64,000 bases of DNA from Christensenellaceae bacterium (GTDB lineage Bacteria > Bacillota > Clostridia > Christensenellales > Borkfalkiaceae). The DNA lies in contig JAZNQZ010000038.1 in the NCBI GenBank assembly GCA_045590475.1, positions 1,700 to 65,699 on the forward strand. Direction: 5' to 3'. Shown here one piece after another: positions 26,922-36,261 of this stretch (within the stretch, counting starts at the first letter, position 1; each line of letters starts with the position of its first letter). The position numbers and the translations under genes were made by a program. The notes below the pieces were generated by a model that worked only from the letters and a program-made list of their open reading frames with translations, searched no databases and was not told the DNA's origin.

Positions 26922-27677
26922 CTATTTTTCAGCAATGACGTTCGCCATGTTATATAGCCCACTTTTTTTGCCTTTCATAAATATACTTGCCTTAATTGCA
27001 CCGTCAGCAAAAACGCTTCTGTCGGTTGCTAAGTGGCTTAAAGTAACGGTTTCAAAGCCGTTAGCAAAAATTACTTCGTGTTCGCCAACGATTCCACCAC
27101 CACGAATTGCGTGAATGCCAATTTCGTTTTTATCGCGTTTCCCAACAATACCTTCTCTACCGTAAGTATAGTATTTTTCAGGTAAAACTTCCTTTACACC
27201 GTCAGCAAGCATAAGCGCCGTTCCACTTGGCGCGTCAACTTTTTGGTTGTGATGTTTTTCGATAATTTCAACGTCAAACCCGTCAAGAAGTTCACTTGCT
27301 TTTTTAACTAAGTCTATTAGCGCGTTTACGCCAAGAGACATATTGCCTGAACGGAAAATTGCAATCTTTTCACTAGTTAATTTAATTTTTTCAATTTGTT
27401 CTTCATTGTATCCCGTTGCACAAAGAATAGCAGGGATATTTTTGTTTAGGCAAAATGAAAGAATATTATCAAGATTTAATGGGGAAGAGAAGTCGATTAA
27501 AACGTCAATTTCTTCATTAACCGAAGAAAAATTAGCGTAAACGGGAAACGTTGGGTTAGAAAAATCTTCCCTAATATCAACGCCACAAACTGCAAGGGTG
27601 TTTTCGTTTAGAAGGCTTGATTCATAAACTTTTTTGCCCATTCTTCCAAGAGCACCACTAATTAAAATTTTTACCAT
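26922..27677 (-). CDS. dapB: 4-hydroxy-tetrahydrodipicolinate reductase
   Basis: GALGRMG Rossmann motif and the EKHHNQKVDAPSGTA signature. Confidence 0.92.
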   Translation of the reverse strand: MVKILISGALGRMGKKVYESSLLNENTLAVCGVDIREDFSNPTFPVYANFSSVNEEIDVLIDFSSPLNLDNILSFCLNKNIPAILCATGYNEEQIEKIKLTSEKIAIFRSGNMSLGVNALIDLVKKASELLDGFDVEIIEKHHNQKVDAPSGTALMLADGVKEVLPEKYYTYGREGIVGKRDKNEIGIHAIRGGGIVGEHEVIFANGFETVTLSHLATDRSVFADGAIKASIFMKGKKSGLYNMANVIAEK

Positions 27678-27679
27678 AA

Positions 27680-28573
27680 TTATACCTTTAATTTAAAACC
27701 GAAATTTTTAAGAACTTTAATCATTTCTTCTTGATGTTCTAGTTCTAATTCGGTAAGGGGAGCGCGAACGATACCTCTACCTAAACCGATTAATTCCATA
27801 GCCTTTTTAACAGGAATTGGATTAACTTCGGTAAACATTTGGTCGATTAAGGGAAGAAGTCTTTCTTGAAGTTCGTACGCTTCCTTATTTCTTCCTGCGA
27901 AATAAAGTCTTGCAACGTCGCCAACTTCTTTTGGAGCAACGTTTGATGCAACTGAAATTAAACCCATTGAGCCGATACTCATCATCGCTAAATTAAGGTT
28001 ATCGTCGCCAGAGTAAAGCGCAGTTTTTCCACGAATTAATCTTGCAGTTTCGCAAATTTGTTCCATGTTACCACATGCTTCTTTAATTCCACCGATATTT
28101 TTATGTTCGGCAATTTCAGCCATAGTTTGAGGTAAAATATTTACGCCCGTTCTTGCTGGAACGTTATAACATAAAACGGGAATATCAACGTTATCACAAA
28201 CGTCGTTATAATATTTTACTAAACCTTTTTGCGTACATTTATTGTAGTAAGGGGTAACGACTAAAAGTCCGTCAGCACCGATTTTTTGCGCAAGTTGACT
28301 TTTATGAATTGCAGTTTTAGTACAGTTACTTCCAGAACCCAAAATAAACTTAACTCTTCCTGCAATCTTATCAAAAGAAAACTTTGCAACGCTTTCATAT
28401 TCTTCGTCGGTAATGGTAGAGGCTTCGCCCGTCGTACCTAAAATACAAATAGCATCAATTTGGTTTTCAATTTGATATTCGATTTGTCTTTCAAGAGCGT
28501 CGTAATCAATTCCGTCTTGAGTAAAGGGAGTGATTGCAGCCGTGCAAGTTCCCTTAAAAATGGTTTTATTCAT
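27680..28573 (-). CDS. dapA: 4-hydroxy-tetrahydrodipicolinate synthase
   Basis: GTTGEASTI, YYNK, YNVPARTG and GIKEA (Schiff-base Lys) motifs. Confidence 0.93.
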   Translation of the reverse strand: MNKTIFKGTCTAAITPFTQDGIDYDALERQIEYQIENQIDAICILGTTGEASTITDEEYESVAKFSFDKIAGRVKFILGSGSNCTKTAIHKSQLAQKIGADGLLVVTPYYNKCTQKGLVKYYNDVCDNVDIPVLCYNVPARTGVNILPQTMAEIAEHKNIGGIKEACGNMEQICETARLIRGKTALYSGDDNLNLAMMSIGSMGLISVASNVAPKEVGDVARLYFAGRNKEAYELQERLLPLIDQMFTEVNPIPVKKAMELIGLGRGIVRAPLTELELEHQEEMIKVLKNFGFKLKV

Positions 28574-28604
28574 AATTATAACCCTTATTTATAAATCTTT
28601 ATTT

Positions 28605-29618
28605 TTAGATTTTACCTTTTAATGCGCCAAGTTCAATAACTTTTTGTGCAATTTGAACGGCGTTAGTAGCAGCGCCTTTTCTAATGTTATCTGCAACGCA
28701 CCATAAGTTAATTCCGTTTTCAACCGTATCGTCTTTTCTAATTCTTCCAACGAACACTTGGTCTTTGTTTTCAGCAGTTAAAGGCATTGGATAGATAAGA
28801 TTTTTACCGTCGTCTTGAAGAACGATGCCCTCAGCCTTAGATAAAACGGATTTAACGTCATCAACCGTGCAAGGCTTTTCAAATTCTAGGTTTATTGATT
28901 CGCTGTGTCCGTAATAAACGGGAACGCGCACGCAAGTTGCCGTAACTTTTATATCTTGGTCGCCTAAAATCTTTTTAGTTTCAAAAATCATTTTATCTTC
29001 TTCTTTAGTGTAACCGTTATCTAAGAACACGTCGATATGTGGGATACAGTTACCAAAGATAGGGTATGGGAATTTTTGAGGTTTTTCACCGCAAATTCCA
29101 CCCTTAAGGTCGTTAAAACCTTTAACACCAGCGCCTGATACTGCTTGATAGGTTGAATAAATAACCCTTTTAATCTTAAACGCTTGATGAAGTGGTTTTA
29201 GTGCAACCATTGCTTGAATAGTTGAACAGTTTGGGTTAGCGATAATATTTTTATGCCATAAAATATCGTCTTGGTTACATTCAGGAACAACCAAAGGAAC
29301 GTTTTCGTCTCTTCTCCAAGCACTTGAGTTATCAATAACTAAAATTCCGTGTTTTGCAAATATTGGCGCAAATTCTTTACTTACGTCACCACCTGCGGAA
29401 AAAAGTGCAATATCAATATTTTTACCATCAAGGTTTTCTTCTTTAAGTTCAATAATAGTGTGTTTTTTGCCCATAAAATCAACCGTGCTACCTGCTGATT
29501 TTGCTGAAGCAAAAAGATAATAATTTTCAACAGGAAGGTTTCTTTCTTCTAGCACTTGTAAAAATTTTCTGCCCACCATGCCGGTCGCACCAACTACTGC
29601 CACATTGTATTTCTTCAT
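28605..29618 (-). CDS. asd: Aspartate-semialdehyde dehydrogenase
   Basis: VGATGMVG, NPNCSTIQ (active-site Cys), SGAG, and a GAA.NAVQIAE-like C-terminus. Confidence 0.93.
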   Translation of the reverse strand: MKKYNVAVVGATGMVGRKFLQVLEERNLPVENYYLFASAKSAGSTVDFMGKKHTIIELKEENLDGKNIDIALFSAGGDVSKEFAPIFAKHGILVIDNSSAWRRDENVPLVVPECNQDDILWHKNIIANPNCSTIQAMVALKPLHQAFKIKRVIYSTYQAVSGAGVKGFNDLKGGICGEKPQKFPYPIFGNCIPHIDVFLDNGYTKEEDKMIFETKKILGDQDIKVTATCVRVPVYYGHSESINLEFEKPCTVDDVKSVLSKAEGIVLQDDGKNLIYPMPLTAENKDQVFVGRIRKDDTVENGINLWCVADNIRKGAATNAVQIAQKVIELGALKGKI

Positions 29619-29812
29619 AAAACTCTCCTTTATATATACATAATATACGCATAGTTTAACAAAAGACGATAAAAAAGTAAAGTTTTTTTTAGTAAATATG
29701 TAAATTTTGTTTGTAAAATATTCAATTTTAATGTAAACTATAATTACCTAGTAAAAGATAATTAAACATAAAGTTGAAATTTCCCCTTTTAATTAAGGGT
29801 TGGGAGAATATA

Positions 29813-31081
29813 ATGGCACAAAAAAAGAAACGCTCTCTATGGGAGAAAATCGCTTTTGGTAGTGAAAAGTCGGAAGGATATGCAAGAAATACTTTGCCTT
29901 CTAACAGATGGGAATTATTTTGGGATATTTTTAAGGGAAGATTTGGCAAGTTAATAGTTTTGAACTTGTTAATTCTTTTATTTTTGCTACCCGTTTTGAT
30001 GATTTTCTTTATGCGTTTTATTGCGCTAACAAACTTGGGTATGAAGTATCCGTTTATGAACGCTTTTGGAACGGGCTATCAAATGCCTATAACGTCGATG
30101 AACGTGTTTGCTGAAAATATTACCTTAAACGTTAACCTTTTAATTTTTGCGCTTTTCCCAATCGCTATGATGATAGCATCAGTTGGTATATCTGGTGGCG
30201 CATACGTTGTTAGAAATATGGTTTGGACCGAAGGTATTTTCGTTGCAAACGATTTTTGGCGTGGAATTAAACAAAATATCAAGCAAATTTTCTTAATTTC
30301 ATTGATTTATTCGGTTGTTTTTTACGCGTCTATAATTTCAATTTCCCTTGCAAATCAAGCGTTGGCAATTTCAACAGACTTTGCTTGGCTTTTAGTTATT
30401 TCTAAAATTTTATGTTACGTTTTAATAGGGTTATCTACGATAATTGCTCTTCATATGATAACCATGTGCGTTACTTACGAATTAAAGTTTAAGGATTTAT
30501 TGAAAAACTCATTTATGTTTACGATAGCCTTGCTACCACAAAGTATTTTCTTCATTGCACTAGGCGTAATTCCGTTTATTTTAATTTTACTTGGCGGATT
30601 ATTTTTGCTAGTTGGCGTGATTTTAGTAATATTAGTGGGCTTTTCACTTTTGTTACTCGTTTGGACTGATTTTTGTCAATGGGGTTACGATAAGTTTATT
30701 AACGAAAGGGCAGGCGCGAAAAAGAGAAAAGGTATTTACGATAAGATTAAAGAAAGTGATTCGGGCGCTCTTAAACAATACGCAAATCAAATGGCGTCGG
30801 TTGGCAGAAGTATTTGGAGTACTAGACCTATTAAGCCTATTACTGACGACGAGTTGAAGATTGCCGACCTTCCATCTTCATTTAACCGTGCCGACTTACA
30901 AAAACTCAAAGAAAGTAAAGACGCGTTATATGAAGACCACGCTAAATACGTTGAAGAACATAAAAACGACCCTGAATTTATGCTTAATGAAAAAGATAAA
31001 GAATTGCAAAAAGTTCAAGCGGAACGTGATAAACGTATTGAAAAAGCAAAGAAAGAACTTGCTAAACGCAATAAAAAATAA
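29813..31081 (+). CDS. YesL/DUF624-like integral membrane protein with a long charged C-terminal tail
   Basis: N-terminal WELFWDIFKGRFGKLIVLNLLILLFLLPV pattern (DUF624-like), about 6 TM helices, then about 120 aa of cytoplasmic K/E-rich tail. The start is moved to the ATG at 29813, after gggaga. Confidence 0.55.
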   Translation: MAQKKKRSLWEKIAFGSEKSEGYARNTLPSNRWELFWDIFKGRFGKLIVLNLLILLFLLPVLMIFFMRFIALTNLGMKYPFMNAFGTGYQMPITSMNVFAENITLNVNLLIFALFPIAMMIASVGISGGAYVVRNMVWTEGIFVANDFWRGIKQNIKQIFLISLIYSVVFYASIISISLANQALAISTDFAWLLVISKILCYVLIGLSTIIALHMITMCVTYELKFKDLLKNSFMFTIALLPQSIFFIALGVIPFILILLGGLFLLVGVILVILVGFSLLLLVWTDFCQWGYDKFINERAGAKKRKGIYDKIKESDSGALKQYANQMASVGRSIWSTRPIKPITDDELKIADLPSSFNRADLQKLKESKDALYEDHAKYVEEHKNDPEFMLNEKDKELQKVQAERDKRIEKAKKELAKRNKK

Positions 31082-31086
31082 ACTAC

Positions 31087-31113
31087 AAAAGACGCCCGTT
31101 AAGGCGTCTTTTT
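31087..31113 (+). terminator. Rho-independent terminator for the YesL-like gene
   Basis: aaaagacgcc/ggcgtctttt stem, 6-nt loop, T-run. Confidence 0.75.
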
Positions 31114-31138
31114 GAAAAAGTTAATTACAAGGAAAACT

Positions 31139-31996
31139 ATGAATAAGTTAATTAAAGCATTAATTTTCAACGATGAAATTTCTCTATCCGTTTTAGATAC
31201 GACCGATATGGTTAACGACGCCATAAGAATTCATAAATTATCACCCGTATGTGCCGCTGCTCTTGGGAGAACGCTTACCGTTTGCACTTTTATGTCAAGC
31301 AACTTAAAGAATACGAGCGATAAATTATCGGTTACTATTAACGGTGGCGGGGAAGGTGGAAAAATTACCGTTTGTGGTAACGGAGAATTAAATATGCGTG
31401 GGTTTATTGATAACCCTCAAGTTGACTTGCCACTTCGCGCCGACGGAAAACTTGACGTGGGTAGGTTGGTTGGTAAGAACGGAAGACTTACCGTTATTCG
31501 TAGTATGGGATTAAAAGAACCTTATTCCGGAAGCAGTGAACTAGTTAGTGGTGAAATCGCCGAAGATTTTACGGCTTATTACGCTTATAGCGAACAGCAA
31601 CCAACTGCTATTGCCTTAGGCGTTAAAATCGGGACTGACGGAACTTGTATAGGTGCTGGTGGCGTTATTATGCAAGCAATGCCAGGCGCTAGTGAAGGCG
31701 CGTTAGTTATGGCTGAAGACGTTATGAGCCAACTAAAAAACCTTTCAAGTTTAATTGAAACGATTGGCGCTGAGGGAATTATTGATAGGTTTATCGGCGA
31801 AGTTAAATCTACTACTTACCACCCTGAATATAAATGCCTTTGCAGTAGAGAATATATTGAAAAAGTCTTGATTTCATTAGGGAAAGAAGAACTTCAAGAC
31901 ATTGTTAAAAAGGAAGGGAAAATTCAAGTTAATTGTGAGTTTTGCGATAAAATTTACGAGTTTAACGGTGACGACGTAGACGGATTTTTTAAATAA
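31139..31996 (+). CDS. hslO: Hsp33 family redox-regulated chaperone
   Basis: Hsp33 fold pattern plus the C-terminal zinc centre CLCS...CEFC. The start is moved to the ATG at 31139 (MNKLIKAL), because the listed TTG at 31112 lies inside the upstream terminator. Confidence 0.9.
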   Translation: MNKLIKALIFNDEISLSVLDTTDMVNDAIRIHKLSPVCAAALGRTLTVCTFMSSNLKNTSDKLSVTINGGGEGGKITVCGNGELNMRGFIDNPQVDLPLRADGKLDVGRLVGKNGRLTVIRSMGLKEPYSGSSELVSGEIAEDFTAYYAYSEQQPTAIALGVKIGTDGTCIGAGGVIMQAMPGASEGALVMAEDVMSQLKNLSSLIETIGAEGIIDRFIGEVKSTTYHPEYKCLCSREYIEKVLISLGKEELQDIVKKEGKIQVNCEFCDKIYEFNGDDVDGFFK

Positions 31997-31998
31997 CA

Positions 31999-33687
31999 AT
32001 GGATAAAATTATACAGCACGAAAAAAATGAAGAAAGATACCTTTCTTCGGCAAATAAACGCATAGAAAAAGAAGATTATTTAGGGGCTTTAAGATTTTTA
32101 TTTTCAGCAAGAAGCATTAATCCCGACAGTTTAGAAGTTATATCTTCGATTGCCGACCTTTACGCTGATATGAACGCCTTAGAACTTTCTAACAAGTTTT
32201 GGTTTATTTATATGGATAAAGCGCCGAAAGAAGACCTTGGGCGCGCCTACGAAGAACTTGCAATTAACTATTTTTATTTGGATAATTTTTGGGCGTCAAG
32301 TTATTATTTTCATAAAAAATTAGACGTTGACGGGTTTATCAGTAAAGAAAATTTAAGCCAAGAAGTAATTGACTTTTTTTCGGGTGAAGAAATAAAGAAA
32401 ACTGCGTATAGAATAGCATATCCGTTTGACTTAGCAGATTATACTTTCGATACAAAAAAAGCAAAGCGATTAATTTCAATCGGTGGATTTGCTGAAGGGG
32501 CTTTGGCTTTAGAGAAAATTCCAAGAGAGCGCTTAGACGAAGATACTGCGGGCGAATTAGCAACTTGTTACTTTATGAACGACGAACTTGATAAGGCTGA
32601 GGAAATTTGTAGGTTTTCTCTAGAAAAACACGGGGAAAATATAACGGCTTTTTGTCATCTTTCGACTATAAACGAATTAAGGGAAGATTATTTTAACAGC
32701 GATTATTATTATAAAAAAGCACTTTCGTTACGAAAGGGGACTTTAAGCGAAGCGTATAAAATTGCAACTTGTGCGATAGAGAGAGAAGACCATTTAGTCG
32801 TTAAAGAATGTTTAGAAACTATTCTTAAAGATAGACCTTATGAAAATGCTATGCGCTTTTTCTACGCCTTATCTTTATCTAATTTAGGCGACTATAAATC
32901 TTCGTATGAACAACTTAAAATCTCTTATCAAATCGACCCTAGCGACGTTGCCGTTAAGTTTTTTATGCGCTACGTTGAGAATTTATCTAACGGCTGTGGA
33001 GACGAGAGTAATTTAACGCCGTTTAAATACGTTAAAGATATCCCTGAAGAAATATCTAAAGATTGGAAAAAGAAAATTAAAACTTTAATTAAAAATCCTG
33101 AAAAAATTTCTTCTGCCCTTAAAAAATACGAGTGGCAAGAAATATTAGAGTGGGGAATAAAAAACGACGACAGTTCTGTTATGAGAGATTCGGCGTTCGT
33201 TTTATCTTTTTCAATCACGCCGTATACCAAAAAAGTATTGTTTGAAACAATGCTTTCACCTGACGGTAGAGAAGAATTAAAAAGAGTTTTAATTTACGTT
33301 ACTTTAATTAGTGGAATAAAGGAAAAATTCGGGGTTGTTGCAGGTAGTTTTTACCTTAAAATAAGACCAAAAAAACTTCTTTGTGAAAAGGATAAAATTT
33401 TCGGTGATTTATATCTTTCAGCATATGCTTTGTGCCTTTCAAAAATGGCGTTTTTCGACGTGGAAAGTTTAGATAAGATTGCTAAAATTACCGATAAAAT
33501 TTATAAAAAATTTAAAGGAAAAATTACTAACGCAGAAGTCAGTAACGAAGAAATTGCAGGGCTTATTCTAAGTCAATGTGAATTTAAAAAATATTCTAAC
33601 GACCAAAGCGTAACGAGAATTTTTTCAATTACTTTAGATAAACTAAAATTATTAAAAGACCAGCTTCAAGGAGAAAAAAATGATTAA
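31999..33687 (+). CDS. TPR-repeat-like protein, function unknown
   Basis: 562-aa ORF abutting the hslO stop. The N-terminal half has repeated ~34-aa helical units with A/Y/L spacing (e.g. GALRFLFSARSINPDS, LGRAYEELAINYFYLDNF, YKKALSL). I recognise no enzymatic motif. Confidence 0.55.
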   Translation: MDKIIQHEKNEERYLSSANKRIEKEDYLGALRFLFSARSINPDSLEVISSIADLYADMNALELSNKFWFIYMDKAPKEDLGRAYEELAINYFYLDNFWASSYYFHKKLDVDGFISKENLSQEVIDFFSGEEIKKTAYRIAYPFDLADYTFDTKKAKRLISIGGFAEGALALEKIPRERLDEDTAGELATCYFMNDELDKAEEICRFSLEKHGENITAFCHLSTINELREDYFNSDYYYKKALSLRKGTLSEAYKIATCAIEREDHLVVKECLETILKDRPYENAMRFFYALSLSNLGDYKSSYEQLKISYQIDPSDVAVKFFMRYVENLSNGCGDESNLTPFKYVKDIPEEISKDWKKKIKTLIKNPEKISSALKKYEWQEILEWGIKNDDSSVMRDSAFVLSFSITPYTKKVLFETMLSPDGREELKRVLIYVTLISGIKEKFGVVAGSFYLKIRPKKLLCEKDKIFGDLYLSAYALCLSKMAFFDVESLDKIAKITDKIYKKFKGKITNAEVSNEEIAGLILSQCEFKKYSNDQSVTRIFSITLDKLKLLKDQLQGEKND

Positions 33688-34510
33688 AATTATTGATATC
33701 GACGGGCTTTTCGATAAGTATATTGAAAAATTTGTTTATTCTAATATCGGCAAGGTAAAACCTGAAGAAATTGAAAATGAAATTCCTAATCTTTACCTTA
33801 AATTCGGCGATGAAAAACTAAAGGAATTAGATGGAAAAACGCCGAACACTTTTTATAAAGAATATCCTATAAAAGACCTTTTAGAGTGCTTAAAAAATCA
33901 TTTAGAAAAAGGTGTTTCCGTTTCGGATTTTTTGTGTGAAGCAATTACTTTTAATAAAGATAACGAAGATTATCTAATAGAATTTTTAAATGGCGACGAA
34001 GATGAAGAAATTATTCTTTACGTTATGAATATGCTTGCCGATATGGGTAGCAAAAAGGTCGCAAAAAAATATTTAGAGTTCGTATTGTGGGATTTTAGCG
34101 AACCTATTAGAGAACTTGCAACCGAAGAACTTTGTAATTTTGCAGACGAAGTTAAAGAAGAAATTTTAGCGCAAATTAACGAAGTGTCCAAAGAGAAAAA
34201 ATCTAATCTAGTTGAAGTTTTATCTAACTGCAAAAAAGACGATAGGGTTTTTGATATTTTGGTTAGTGAATTTGCTCGTCATCAAGAAAACGTTCCACTT
34301 TATGCAAGTTATCTTTCAAAATATGGTGATGAAAGGGCAATTCCTTTTTTAATAACAGCCATTGAAAAAGAAAAAATAACTTATGCTGATTTTGAAGAAT
34401 TAAGGTTTGCAATAGAATCGCTTGGTGGGGAATATAATAAAAAAAGAGATTTTTCAAAAGATAAAACTTACAAAAAAATCGTAGGCGCGAAAGAAGAAAA
34501 ACAAAACTGA
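33680..34510 (+). CDS. HEAT-repeat-like helical protein, function unknown
   Basis: 276-aa ORF overlapping the TPR gene by 8 nt. Acidic and helical, with GDERAIPFLITAIE resembling PBS-lyase HEAT-like repeats. Confidence 0.5.
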   Translation: MIKIIDIDGLFDKYIEKFVYSNIGKVKPEEIENEIPNLYLKFGDEKLKELDGKTPNTFYKEYPIKDLLECLKNHLEKGVSVSDFLCEAITFNKDNEDYLIEFLNGDEDEEIILYVMNMLADMGSKKVAKKYLEFVLWDFSEPIRELATEELCNFADEVKEEILAQINEVSKEKKSNLVEVLSNCKKDDRVFDILVSEFARHQENVPLYASYLSKYGDERAIPFLITAIEKEKITYADFEELRFAIESLGGEYNKKRDFSKDKTYKKIVGAKEEKQN

Positions 34511-34567
34511 TAAGGTATAAAAATTTTATTTTCGCTCATCATAATCATATTCTTATATCAGGGGGAT

Positions 34568-34699
34568 ATGAAAATGTCAAAAAAGAAAAAGCGCAAAAAT
34601 AAAGTTATAAAACTAACCGACGAACAATACGGTGCGTATATTATGGCGTTAAAAGACGAACGCCCACCAAAACTCGTTGAAGAAACACAAAAAGATTAA
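34568..34699 (+). CDS. Candidate 43-aa lysine-rich micro-protein (below the ORF-track cutoff)
   Basis: ATG at 34568 directly after cagggggat. It encodes MKMSKKKKRKNKVIKLTDEQYGAYIMALKDERPPKLVEETQKD, with TAA at 34697-34699. A strong terminator begins 6 nt later. Confidence 0.35.
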   Translation: MKMSKKKKRKNKVIKLTDEQYGAYIMALKDERPPKLVEETQKD

Positions 34700-34704
34700 T
34701 TTTT

Positions 34705-34736
34705 AAGTCCGTAACCGAAAAGTTACGGGCTTTTTT
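34705..34736 (+). terminator. Rho-independent terminator closing the hslO-TPR-HEAT-microORF unit
   Basis: aagtccgtaac/gttacgggctt 11-bp stem (one G-U pair), 6-nt loop, T6. Confidence 0.8.
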
Positions 34737-34844
34737 ATTTTTTATTAGAAATTGCCATTTTATCCCTTAAAATTCTTGAAAATCCCTTTAAATAATGTTA
34801 TAATTAATAAGTATAATTTTAAAAAGTTCTATGAAGGTGCAGTT

Positions 34845-36236
34845 ATGAAAAGATTAGAATTAAAAAAGATTTTTATTAGTAAAGAACAGTATGCTGACCA
34901 AACGGTTACCGTTTGTGGTTGGGCTAAAACTATTAGAGATAGTAAGTCGTTTGGTTTTATCGAACTTAACGACGGGTCTTATTTTAAGAATTGCCAAATC
35001 GTTTTCGATAGAGAAAAGGTTAATAATTACGACGAAATTGCAAAACAAAACGTAGGTGCTTGTTTGATGGTTAAAGGAAAATTGATTTTAACCCCTGAAA
35101 ACAAACAGCCGTTTGAAATCAACGCTGATGAGATTACCGTTTTAGGCACTTCTACCCCTGAATATCCTTTGCAAAAGAAACGCCATACTTTAGAGTTCTT
35201 GCGCACGATGCCACACTTACGTCCACGCACCAACACTTTTAACGCAGTATTTAAAATTCGCAGTGAAGCGGCTTTTGCAATTCATAGTTTCTTTAACGAA
35301 CGTGGCTTCGTTTACGTTCACACCCCAATTATTACGGGTAGTGACTGTGAAGGGGCTGGCGCTATGTTCCAAGTAACTACGCTTGACCTTGATAACGTTC
35401 CACTCACCGACGGGGCAACCGATTATTCAAAAGATTTCTTTGGTAAAAAATCAAGTTTAACCGTTTCCGGTCAACTTGACGTTGAAAATTTTGCTATGGC
35501 TTATGCAAACGTTTATACTTTTGGACCAACTTTTAGAGCAGAACACTCAAATACCGTTCGTCACGCCGCTGAGTTTTGGATGATTGAACCAGAACTTGCT
35601 TTTGCCGACCTTGCTGACGATATGGATTGCGCTGAAGATATGGTCAAGTATATTATTTCTAGAGTTATGGAAACTTGTAAGGAAGAAATCGAATTCTTAA
35701 ATAACTTCATTGACAAGGGACTTATTGAAAGACTTAATAACGTTAAAAACAACGAATTTAAGCGCTTAACTTATACCGAAGCCATTGAGATTTTGGAAAA
35801 GGTTAAAGATAGATTTGACGCACCTGTATATTGGGGTTGCGATTTACAAAGTGAACACGAAAGATATATCACTGAAGAAGTTTTCAAAAGACCTGTGTTC
35901 TTAACCGATTATCCAAAGGAAATCAAGGCTTTCTATATGCGCCTTAACGACGATAATAAAACGGTTGCCGCCGCTGACCTTTTAGTTCCTGGTATCGGCG
36001 AACTTATCGGTGGAAGTCAACGTGAAGAAAGAATTGAAATCTTGGAAAAGAGAATGGCTGAATGCGGACTTAATAAGGAAGACTATAAGTCGTATCTTGA
36101 TTTAAGAAAATACGGTGGGGTTATTCACTCGGGCTTCGGCTTAGGCTTTGAAAGAATGATTATGTATCTAACGGGTATTGCTAATATTCGTGACGTGTTG
36201 CCGTTCCCAAGAACCGTTGGCACTTTAGAAAATTAA
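34845..36236 (+). CDS. asnS: Asparagine--tRNA ligase
   Basis: N-terminal OB fold ([25 protein letters not shown]) and class II motifs [25 protein letters not shown]. The start is moved to the ATG at 34845, after gaaggtg. Confidence 0.93.
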   Translation: MKRLELKKIFISKEQYADQTVTVCGWAKTIRDSKSFGFIELNDGSYFKNCQIVFDREKVNNYDEIAKQNVGACLMVKGKLILTPENKQPFEINADEITVLGTSTPEYPLQKKRHTLEFLRTMPHLRPRTNTFNAVFKIRSEAAFAIHSFFNERGFVYVHTPIITGSDCEGAGAMFQVTTLDLDNVPLTDGATDYSKDFFGKKSSLTVSGQLDVENFAMAYANVYTFGPTFRAEHSNTVRHAAEFWMIEPELAFADLADDMDCAEDMVKYIISRVMETCKEEIEFLNNFIDKGLIERLNNVKNNEFKRLTYTEAIEILEKVKDRFDAPVYWGCDLQSEHERYITEEVFKRPVFLTDYPKEIKAFYMRLNDDNKTVAAADLLVPGIGELIGGSQREERIEILEKRMAECGLNKEDYKSYLDLRKYGGVIHSGFGLGFERMIMYLTGIANIRDVLPFPRTVGTLEN

Positions 36237-36261
36237 TAAAACTTTTATAGATGGTAATAAT

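Noticed and set aside
29619-29812. L-box lysine riboswitch upstream of asd-dapA-dapB.
   Set aside because: The region is about 190 nt of very A/T-rich sequence with no GC-containing helices or the conserved L-box AGAGGCGC / GGAG core segments.
34737-34844. T-box leader upstream of asnS (and upstream of hisS at 57274-57285).
   Set aside because: The spacers are about 108 nt and 12 nt, too short for a T-box (about 200 nt or more). No AGGGUGGNACCGCG-like T-box sequence is seen.
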